Assembly (NCBI RefSeq): GCF_036321535.1
Contig: NC_087447.1
Span: 42,410,001-42,474,000, forward strand
Direction of reading: 5' to 3'
Source of the DNA: Camelus dromedarius
Taxonomy: Eukaryota
DNA: 64,000 nucleotides
Part shown: one piece after another, positions 12,301 through 24,300 of the stretch
Numbering within the stretch: position 1 is the stretch's first letter
Layout: each line of letters starts with the position of its first letter
Made by a program: the position numbers and the translations under genes
The notes under the pieces: generated by a model
What the model was told of the DNA's origin: nothing
Seen by the model: the letters and a program-made list of their open reading frames with translations, nothing else
Database searches by the model: none

Positions 12301-15300
12301 TTGTGAGAGCAAGATCTGGAAGGAAGCATGCTCACATTTAATGCAAAGATAAGAGGAATGGGGCAAGGGGAGAGAATTTTGTGAACAGATCTTGAGGTAG
12401 AGATTGAGACATTCACTAAAATGTGGAGACAGTGTCGTTGGTTGAGAGTAGGGGGAAGTAGAATAAAAGGCCTGAAAAGACGAACTACTGCTTTTGGTGA
12501 GTACTATAATCTTAATTGAAGATAGAAAAGCATATGACCAAGAGCGCATGATGATCTTATTTTCTCTAGCAGTACCTTTGGCCTGGGAGGTTAGAAAGCA
12601 GGTGATGGGAGAATTGAGAATGGGAATTAGTATGAGGGAATATTTGGAAGTTAATGAATGGATAAAGCACTGCTGTGGGTAACTCTAAATGCTAAATAAC
12701 ATGTGTCTAATGCAACCAGAAGGAGGCACATTATAAATATGTATGCTACACATTTTAAGTTGAATCATCAGTAAAACAAGGTTTTTAACTTCTATCTCTG
12801 TTCAGAGTTCTGCAAATTACTCTGGATTTCTTAAAAGAATTGTTGAATCATAATAGGCAACACCACCCATTTCCAAGTTTTTGTGAAAGAATGGAGAGCT
12901 TCAAAATTGTCACTTAGTTTTATTGCATTATCAGCGGTTTTCTTATGTTTACATTGTGTTTTGAGTACAATGCTTGAAGACATTTTCCTTTTAGAGAGTG
13001 AAAAAATAGGTATCAAGTTAAACCTGGAGGTTAATTTTGTTCATCAGATGTCTATATATTTCATCATTCAACTGTAAGACAAGTAGCAATTAGAGAGGTG
13101 TGTACTCAAGGAATACTCGGTAGTGTTCTGTAGCCCAGATAAATGTTGTTGACACCTTTCTTCTCTGAGACCCCTTAGCACTGGTGAATTAATGTTCAGA
13201 AGAAAAATATAATGGTTAAATTTTAGAGTTAGCATACCAAATGTCTTGTTTAAGAAGACTGTTACCTGTTGAAGTCTTTAAACACATGGTTGGCATCAGT
13301 ACAGGTTAAAAGGCTGTAAACTCATCTTTTAGTCTTCAACTAAATTTCCACCTGCCTGCTCTGTGAATCTTGCCTTCCTCCAGCCCAGTAAATCTGACTT
13401 TCCTATAAACTAAAAGCCTCTTGGTACCATTCCTTGGGAATCTAGCTAATGGTGGTATCAACTTCTTAGGGGCAAAGGTTGAGCAAAACATTTTGTACAT
13501 AATAGATGCTCAGCAGATAGTCCTACAGTCAGTCTTATGCTACTCTACATTTGAGTGCATTTCTTGTATAGAAGTTCTAAAGAGGTGTTCCAAGAAAGGA
13601 GGGGAAATTTATTTATTCAGCCATTTATTCTTAGCAGTAATTCTTGTGTCCACAAATATCTACAGGATGAAAAACAAAACAAAACAAAAAAACTAATGGT
13701 TTTGAAGCATTTAAAAGATGCCCATAATATTAAATTATTGGTATCAGTCCTTTCTATACTCGACCTGATTCTAGCAGGAAAGTAAGTGAAAAGTGAGGTC
13801 TGGGCAAGTTAATTCCAGATTTAAAAGTGGCCTACCTTTAAGAAGTAATAGGACTCCAGAGAAACTATACAAACTATTTAAAAAAAAATTTTTTAAGTGA
13901 AAGTACTGGGGATTGAACTCAGGACCTCGTACATGCTAAGCACACACTTTACCACTGAGCTGTACCCACCCCACTATACAGGCTATTTAGGTTAACATGT
14001 CTTTGCTTTGATGTCACCGCATAGAAAACTATGCCCCACAACTCAGTATTTGTACATTAACCTTATTCCTTTTCTAGTAGACTACTTTTTTATTTAATGA
14101 AGTCAGAAAATAACCATTTTAGCCTTGAGAGCAGTCTGTATTTAAATAGCATTTCTATTAGAAACTAAAACCACATTTTTGGTGGAATTGTTTTTAGTGC
14201 AGTGATATGTTTGTAATTTTTGGCTGATTACTCTTTTTAGGGTGAGTGGATATGATTTATTAGGAGTCCTCAAAGTGTGCATTGAGTTAGATACCATAAT
14301 CAGGGCAGAAATGTAATGGACGTTTCCATATTTGTTATCATAAGGTTTTGCAGAGACCTTTTCACATTTGACTCACCTCAGATATTTAAAGTCTCTGTTT
14401 AATTCTCTGTGTTGCAAAAAGTATGCATACAAATACATCAGTGGATTAATGAGCCAGAGTATTTAAGAGGCAAGCATGCCTGGTTTATTACTCCATTGAA
14501 GGCATCTTTTGTATGATTTTATCATCCCATACTTTCCTGCAGTAAATTTTAGAAGTGTGATATGAGCAAATAAGTTTCTATTAGTGACTCAGTTTTTGAA
14601 GTAAAGTCTTTTTTGAGATTAAGATGAGACAAAGTTAAAATGATAGAGACTAGTTGGGAGGTTAGGCTGATTAGTGATATGTTTAGATTACAGAAAATTG
14701 GAAAAGGTAAAAATTTTTAACTTTAATATTCACATACTAGAACTCAGTAAACCTAATATTGTCTTTTAAAAAGCCTGCTTTAATGAACAGGTAAGAATAA
14801 TTTATATTTAGTATATATTAAAGCACTAACCTAAGCAGTTCATTTCAGCAGAAATTATGAGTTGATTGTAAATGGGTATTAAAATGCTTTGGAGGTATAC
14901 TTTACACTATTTGGTTGCTTAAGACTTTTTAAAAAAATAGTGCAGGTCCGTTTGGGCCTCTAATACTTACCAAAAATAGGTAGCGTGGGCCATATTGTTG
15001 CTTCTTTAATATGCCATCACCTGGATGTTTTATTAAAATTCAGATTCTAATTTAGTAAGTCTGGGATGTTGGCCTGAGAATCTGTATTTCTGACAAGCTC
15101 CCTAGTGATACTTATCCATGTAGTTCACAGAACACACTAAGTAGCAAGGGATTGGATGGTTTCTATTGCTGTGTTCAACACAGAATTTAGTAAAATTCTA
15201 CTAATTCAGAAGAAATGCATATAAAACTGCCATAATGAGACAAGGGATAACATGAGGTTTTATTTAGTTAAAACGTTTTAATTGAAAGGAACAGAAGTCA

Positions 15301-18300
15301 GTTTAAACCAGCACAGATGAAAAGGGAGGTTGTTGAGACAATCTCAGTGGTATCCAGAAACAAGAAATGAATTGTATATGCATGGGATTATGGTAAATGT
15401 AGGCAGCAATACAAATTGAGCTACCCACTTCTACCTCCTCCCAAATGAGTACTCTTCAGGTGCCTCGGCCTTCTCACTATTGACTACTTCCAGTAAAAAC
15501 AGCCCTGCTCATTCTTCTGCTTGGGGTGTCGTGGATCCCATTTCGTATTTCCATCTTGCATATAATTTTTAAGATAACGCTAAGATTACCTTGTTAGGAA
15601 ACACAAATATATTCTCCCATTCTTGGAGTGACAGAGCCATCCAAAACATTTTAAGTTCAACTATATCCTGAAGCCCTTGATGTAAAGAGAAAGTATAACA
15701 TTCACCAGTTACATTAGTGAATCTCTGGGTTCTTTTGACAGTTGAAGTAATTGCCAGATCACCTCATTTGTCCTAATGGGCCACTCTGCCTATGCTGTCA
15801 GCTCCCATATAGATATGTAAAATTGAAAGTCAGTGATAGCATTTAGAGCAATGCTCTTTTCCTCCCTTTAGCTTATCAGCACTTCAGTGCTACAAATTCT
15901 GGTGTTCTGTTTTTTCATGCTTCAAAAATGGATATATCCCTGAAAAGAACTATGCCCAGTTAATAAACATCAAATACAGTAGTACTTAAAATTTAATGTT
16001 ACAGTGTTTGGGGCAAAAGTGTGAAGTTTCTTGGAAGAAAAACTTTTGAGGAAATTATTTGCTGGCTTAGAATATTGTCTTCCTTTATATTTATCTTGAT
16101 TATAACTTTTCTTTTTCCCTTTCAGAGAAAGCCTGTGCAGAAGCTGGGTCAGCAAGAATGTCACTTCTTATATTGGTGTCCATTTTCTTATCTGCAGCTT
16201 TTGTTATGTTTTTGGTATATAAAAATTTCCCTCAGCTTAGTGAGTAAGTATACTGAAGGAAATGGAAAATGTCTAGACATTTCTAGAAATGCAAGTAGAT
16301 TAAGAGTTAAACTAATTTTAAGCAACAGAACTGTCATGGTGATTGTGTATCAGCTTTCATGGTTTGTAGCAAGTTCATATTGACACTTATTTAAATATTT
16401 CTTTCCAAATATGTCTCTTGATTTTCTATGCAAGATTTTCCTAGCTCTGCTCCTCTAATTATGGCATCTTTCTAATGGTTTTCAAACAATTTTTAAAAAC
16501 ATAATTGCATTAATAAATTTATTGCATTTTATTTTTTAATGCTGTTAGTGAGCAAGTAAATTGATCTCACAGTCCATGATAGATACTGACCTTCAGTTTG
16601 AAAAATACTGATGCTGTTTTTCTCTGCTTCCCCCCTTGTCCATCCATTTTCTCCCTTCCTACTTTTCATTGCAACTAACTTTTGTCACTTCTATTCATCC
16701 ATTTACTTTCCCACCATATCTCTGTCTTTTCTCCTCCCTGTTTTATAGGAATGATATGGTTTGAATAGGTGCTTTTCACTGTGAAATGTACCTTGTAAAA
16801 GACTTGTCTGTCTAGTATACAGCCACAATTCCTTAGCAAAAACCCTGGGGTGAAATGTGTTTCAGAATTTAGAAGTTTTCCATTTTGGAAAGATAACATG
16901 AATAAATACTGTATATTATGTAGTACCTCCAGCAGGTACTAGAATAGTGTCTCATAATCAAATATATTAATATGCAGAGAAACCTGGATCATAAAAGACT
17001 ATAAATAACTTTGAGTGTGGGTCAATATTTGCTGACAAATTACGAAGAACTTTTGGTTTTCAGAGCTTTTTGAATTTTAGGGAAGAGATTATGGGCCTGA
17101 AACATACTTTTTGAGGGCAAAATATCCCAGGACTATTTAACAGCAATAGTAACACCCTTGATAATTACATAAGAGACTACTAAAAGGTAGTTAGATTTTC
17201 AGCCAAGGCAAGCCTGGTGTGATAATGGATAACTGAAATGTGATTTCAGTGTCTCAGAAAGTTCCTGCTTTCTCTAAATTTCTTTCATTAACACTTCCTT
17301 ATGCTTGAAATTTTGTAGTTAAACTTATTTTTATTTTAATACTTTGATTTGTTACATCAGTGTAAATACCTTTGGGAGGATAGCATGTTTTATTATTATG
17401 TTAGTATTAGTATGATTGAATTTTAGATCCTTTATCACTCTTTTTTTTTTTTATCTTGTCTCATTTTGATCAAGGAATAGGAAATAAAGAGCTGACTGAA
17501 AGAGGGAAAGAACAGAGTGTAGATTAAGGTTGTTTTGCCCCCAATCTGCTCTGAGAATGATAACACTTCATATAATAATGTGCTATTATATAAATCTTCT
17601 ATATTCTGCTTATTTCTTTCTGTACCTGTGTGTATATGAGATGCATGCACACCCATATAAAGAGCTCCTTTAGTTTTTTAATTTCTAAATGAGAAACCCC
17701 AGTTTTGTTTACCTGCTATTTTTTTAGGACTTAAACAATATTCTTTTTTTTTTAATCATTGTTCTGCAAGATTAGTTACATTTTTTATTATGTAAACAAA
17801 TGAATACAATATATGTTAAATGCAAAGGTGATTATTTGAGGCTTTTATGAACAGAACATTCAGTTCCAAACAAGGCACTAATTAAAGTAAAATTAATAAG
17901 AAGTGAAAAGCATTTAAGTTTTTATCTGAACTTTGAGCTGAGATAGTCAAGAAAAGATGTAAACTGTAAATTCATTAAAATTTTTACTTAATTTCAGTTG
18001 TAATCGGTTATTGATTTTAGCTTATCATGAGGATTACCCAAAATGATGTTCAGTATGTTTTAAATATGCTAACATCAGTGGTTCATTTCTTAATTCAAAA
18101 TGTTCTCCAGTATTTGACCAAATGCTTTTTAACCTTTAGTTTGGGTCACCCTGAATTTTCATATGAAGTACATGTCTCATGAAATTATATTAAAGCATTA
18201 AAAAACAAGTAATTTATAGACCTTTGAACTTAAATTTTGTGAATTTATGCTTAACATATTACAGATCAAGGCACCAAATCGTTTTGGATAAAACTTCATG

Positions 18301-21300
18301 TTTTGAACTTTGATATGAATTATCATGGCAGATTTCTACTTTAAATTTTTTTCACTTTAATTTTATTTCTTTAGAGAAGAAAGAGTGAACATGAAGGTTC
18401 CCAGAGATATGGATGATGCCAAGGCTCTAGGAAAAGTTCTATCCAAATATAAGGACACCTTTTATGTACAAGTACTTGTAGCTTATTTTGCTACATATAT
18501 TTTGTATCCTTTTAACTGAAAATATTTTCTGATTTTAAGTAAAAAGTTTTAAAAGAGCTGCTGCTTAGTTGTACATAACTATTTTTCCTTTCAAGAATTG
18601 TTAATGCAGTGTAACATTAAATAAGATAACTGAAAAATGAAAATGAAAAAATTCTAACTTTAATCCTATCTCTTCGACTCAGTTATTATTTCTAAATATT
18701 TATTACCAGTTCTTCTGTTATTAGCCTAACATTTTCCTTTCTTTTGTAATATTCAAGATAATAATTTTATTTAGGATTATTTTATTAATTAGACTTTTAA
18801 TTTAAATAATAGTTTTGAATTACTAGTTACCATACCATAATTAAAGAAAAATTTCCTGAGGTTTGAAGATACAGTTTTTATTTAATATTTTACTTTTCTA
18901 GATGTTGTGTTGTGAATTATGTTGTTTATGATTTTTTCTTCCATTTAATGGTTTTCTTTGTAAAATATCCTAAGAGGATAATTAGTCATGTAAAGGATAT
19001 GAATTTTTTTTTACAGTCTTTAGTATGTTGTATCTTTGTTTCATAGAATTATATGTTGTATTTTAACTAGTCAGGAAAATAGCTTTTTGCATATTTTCAA
19101 ACTGCCTATGCAACTGGTAATTAGCCTTCCAATTTATAGATGTTAATTTCTGATTTTTGTATCTTTTATTTTAGTCCAGCATATTTTCCAAATCTCAGTT
19201 AATGAAAGACATTAACTTTTGATATTGTGAAGGTAATCATTATCCTTTTTAAAGCAGCTTTTATTTTTAAAAGGCAAATTAGTCACTTTGTTAATTCTCT
19301 CAGACTATTTCTATACTTGCTTCCTGTTTTTCTTCCTGAATTTCTTTTGGTTTGTTAGGCTTTTCAACTAAAATTTTTTCTCATAAAATTCAACAGTGTT
19401 TTATTTTCTTGAAATTATATTGGATTAGATATTGTATATTTAACATACATACGTTCCTGTATTTACCTCCTTATACAAATGTTTTGAATATGTACTTAAA
19501 CACATTGCACCAGTTATTCCTGGTGTAAGCAACTTAGTGACAAGGACAATTATAAAAGCTTTTGCTGTTATTGCTGCTAATAGAAACATTACTCCTTTAT
19601 CAACTTGGTGAGGCTGCATTTATATTTAGGTAGTGTACTTTATGTAGGCAGCTTGTCATTATCCTCCTGATTTATTATTAGAAAAATTCAAATTTGGGAA
19701 AAATTTGAAGAATGATTATTATGTGCCTGTCCTTCTATAGTTCATTTGGGCAGCTATTTGTAAAGTAATTTAATGATATAATGACTGTTCTAAGAAATTC
19801 ATAACTGTTGCCTTTTCCTACTTTCCATTTCATCACTTATCTGTAAAAACCAAAGTGTTAGGCTTGTAGGGTTATTTTGCATTATAAACTTTAACCATAA
19901 AATAAAATATTTTCTCCAAATAAGAAACAAATTGGGGTCATTTGGTTTTTATAAGGTTCTTGTGGACATTTGTGAACAAAGGCAGATAGTTTCTATTTAC
20001 TTTGGAAGGTCATCTTTTCTGTCCCATTTTGCCCCCCAGCTTTGGGAAGGATACATGGCTGAGGGATAAGGGGGATACCCACACATAGGCCCAGTCAGCC
20101 AGTTAGCGTAAATGAATCTCGACCATCTGTGGGATAATAAATGTTGTAGCCTAATTGTATTAATATCCACATGAAAATTAGTCTAAAAGAATAAACTGCC
20201 TTGTAGAAAGTGAATTGAAAGTATAGAAATAGGTTTATTTGTACAAAATACATTTGGCTTAAAATTTTTAATTTTAAATAAATCATTGGTTAATATTGTC
20301 AGTTCAGATTTTATTGCATGTTGTTAGTATCTGCCATATACTTGAAGCCATGTATACTTTCATATACATGGAAATGGCTGAATTTATCAAAGAAGTGAGA
20401 GAAGAATGGCTAACAGAATGTTAGAGAAATCCCAGATTTGAGAGTGAGGAGAAGAAAAAAACTAACATAGAGAAAAAGGCAGTTCAGTGGAGGTGAGTTT
20501 TTCCCCAATGTCTGATCCTATGCAAGGGTCACTAAATTGTTACTGAGAAATCTCAAGTCATTACTTCTGGCCAGGAGGAAGTTTCAGTAGTGGTGGTGGA
20601 TGGGTAAGCCGATTGCCAGGGGACAAGGAGAGAATCAGAGGAAGTGAAGGTGAGAGAGAGACAGTAGCTGGATAGGATACCTTACTCAAGGAAAAGCCTA
20701 GGTTTTCTTTAGTTTATAGGCATCTGAGTATTTTTTTACAGGAGGGGTCTGTGAAAGAGCAAGAAGTTGAAGATAAAGGAACCCAGGAGGTAGAAGGAGA
20801 TTGAAATGAAAGCAAGAGTAAAGTAGGCACTACTGGAAAAAAGGGAAGGTGGGTAAAGATAGAAATTTTAAAGTAGAAAGGAGAGATGTTGAAGAAATTC
20901 ACTCTGTCTTACTTATGAGTAACTCATGTTAGGGTGAGGTAGAGGTCCAGGCCAAAACTAGAAACTAGAGAGAAGTAGAAAAAAGCATAATTCTGTTTTA
21001 AAAATAAGATTTGTAACTTTTACTGTATTTTGTAACCTCCAGCCTTTTTTAAAATGAGTAATTAATTGAGGTAAATGTCCAAAAGTTAAATTAGAAATAG
21101 TAATTAATTGTACTTGATATATACCCATATTTCCACAGACATCATGTTTCCTGAAAGCATTTCGCAGTAAAAATCCAGTGCATTAGAGAGGCATATTGTT
21201 TAAAAGAGTACTGAAGATCTTTCCTCTTTTTCCTTTTAGTCTGTTTTTTCACCCCCCAAAATGCCCAATTCCCCTCTATCCTGGTACACGTGGAGTATTT

Positions 21301-24300
21301 TGTCTTGGTTTTTCTCTTAGTAACACACTCTAATTAGTGTTGATTTATGATAATATTAGTAAATGGTAAACTTAAAGTATTACAACTGAGGAGTCATGTA
21401 ATTTTTTAAACTTTGGGTATAATTTTATTTAATTTTTAAATACTGAAATATGAATATAATCTTATTAACATGATAACTTCTGTATTGATACTTTTTCCTG
21501 GATTGTTGGATTTGTCATTTAAAAATTCATTTAATTATGTTTTAATCCTTAACTTAGAAGTTAACAGCTTGCAAACATTTGCTATTCCGGGCTCTATATT
21601 TCTCAGTATACTCTCAGGGTTTCTTTATCCCTTTCCACTAGCCTTATTTCTTGTTTGTTTGGTAAGTATATAAAATGCAACTGGGAAACTAAAAAAAAAT
21701 AACTTTAAATAGAATGATGGGAATGATGATGGCATCCTAGTCCCACTCGTCTCTGGAAGCATACATTTATCAGTTGTAAGAGGTGTTTAATGTTGAAGTA
21801 GCATCTGTTAAGTCCCTCCGTAAGGAGATGTTATAGTTAGTTTGGTTTTTTTCTAGAACAGGGGTATCATAGACTTAATTGCATTTATAGGCTCTGTTTT
21901 AGCCTTTGCTTCCATGTTTTGTAATTTGAATAGTCCAAGGATATTGGTGCGTGCAGTTAAGTCTGAGGGCTGGGGGTGTTGTTTTTAAGCATAGCAATTG
22001 AAAAAATATTGACTCTTGAGTTTTAGTCATAGGCTGAAGGCTAACGTTTACTATTTGGATGTAGTCAGTTTAATCATAAGTGCTCATTTGTTTTAGCTGG
22101 TCTCAGCTATAATTTGGTCAGAGAAAGGACTAGATCAGGTGGGTTCTTGTTCTCTTCACAAGAGATGTTATTGCAGAGTATCCTCTCCCATACCCCAAAA
22201 GAAATTAACTAGTTGAACTTTGCCTTAGGTTAATATATCCATGTGAATAAGATGGAAAAGTTTAAAATACTTATGACTTCTTATTATTTTCTAGTGTTCT
22301 GGACTTGGTGCCTCATTCTGCTATATGCTCTCCTATTTAGTTGGGAGACCAGTTGTATATAAATACTTAACAGAGAAAGCAGTAAAATGGTCACAGCAGG
22401 TAAACATGCATTTTTAAATTATTTGATGTAATTCTTTGGCTACTTGGGAGGTCAGTATATAATGTCTACATAAATTAACTCAGACTCCGGGCTTTAATAA
22501 AAATGATCTTTTGACCAAAATAAAATCAAGCAGTAGGCAAATAATGAATGTTAGTAATTTCAGATATGAAGTTTTTGTATCTGTAACAGTAATTTTAATT
22601 CTTCATTCTTAGTAAGTTCACCCAGAGCAAAAAGGGCAAAGTGGCAATGTCAAGGCATCCATATATTTAGACACCTCACCTGTGTTGTGTTTATGCAGGT
22701 TGCTGTCAGTAGGTCTCTGAAAAACTTTTATCAGCCAACTCTTTTAATGCATTTTGTCAGTGGGGAGAACTGTTATCTTCCATCAGGATTTCTGCAAAGA
22801 CTAGGGGTGATAAATATAAGCACTACTAAAAGTCTAGCATGGTATTGCTAAGATAATCCTATATTTTTAAAGACTCAGAAAAAACAGACTATTAAGTCAG
22901 GAATTTTAGAAATTCCTACCTTACCCCTTTGATTTACAGATTAGGAAATTAAGAGAAATAAAGCGTTTGGGGGGAGGAGATAGCTCAGTGGTAGAGTGCC
23001 TGCCTAGCATGCACAAGGTCCTGGGTTCAATCCCCAGTACCTCCACTTAAAAAATAAGTAAATAAATCTAGTAACCTCTTCCCCTAAAAAAAAAGGGGGG
23101 GGGCATTTTGCCTAAAATCCGTAATCATTACGTGTTTTTTGGGTAAGGGGGATTAGATTTATTTATTTATTTTTAATGGAGGTACTGGAGATTGAACACG
23201 CTCTACCACTGAGCTATACCCCACCCCTACCCGGGCAAAGTCACAATCATTTATATAGCAAGATCTAGGAAGTATAAACTGCAATCAGTGCTTTTATTTA
23301 ATCAGCTAAATATTTCCATGTGCTTGTTTAAATCTCATTTATCAATGATGAATGAATTTACTCGTGAAGTATATTGTAATAACATAAAGGTTATCTGAAT
23401 TTTTTTTAAATTGGAGGCTAGGTTTATTGGTGTACTATACTAGCCCTTTACATTATAGGAAGTTAAAGGCATTAAAAAGTTTGTCGTTTGATACCTATCT
23501 TATATACAGCTATAAATTTAATTTTGTCTTTTTAGGCTTAAAATGTCATTGAGCCATATTATCAAGGCTGATGTAGAACCATCTTTAGTAGTGTAACATT
23601 AGGCTATTTCATCTCATGTTGTTTGGCCATGGTAATGAGCATTTGATAAGTAGTTCATTGTCATTTTCAAGCTCCTTTTTTGATCATTTCTGTTGGGTAA
23701 ACTGAGCTATCAGGGATAACAGTTTGAAATAGGGTGTTTAATATTAAGCAATATATTTTCAAGATTGGCCTTGATCCTAATTTATTTCTTTCTTATGACA
23801 GGTTGAGCGTCATAGAGAACATCTCATTAACTACATTATATTTTTGAGAATAACACCATTTCTGCCTAATTGGTTTATTAATATTACATCTCCTGTGATA
23901 AACGTGCCATTGAAAGTTTTTTTTATTGGCACTTTTCTAGGTAAGGCCTCTGATTCATGCTGTGTTAGAACTCATTGTGTACATGTCTAGCAGTGTCTGG
24001 CTGGGCTAAATTTTGTGCTCTTTGCAGACATGCCAGCACCATATATAACTGGTGGACACAGAGCCTGGCCTTTAGAAATAGGTGCTCAGAAATGTTTGTT
24101 GGACTGTGTTGATTTAAATATTTTTGTGTTACTTCTTTTAAAGAATAGCACTCTCTGCTGGATATTTTTTAATCATACAGAATTAAGCAAGACTTTAGCT
24201 CCCTTCTCTCCCTCAGTGGACCAAAAAAAAAAAAAATGAAGGTGCCCTTTTTGTATAATTTCTTTGTCTTCTAATCAAGTACTGAAACATTGAACTTTAA

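Noticed and set aside
22969..23045. tRNA-like sequences with A and B boxes (here and at about nine other sites)
   Set aside because: They have AT-rich tails, target-site duplications and divergent bodies, so they are SINEs rather than tRNA genes.
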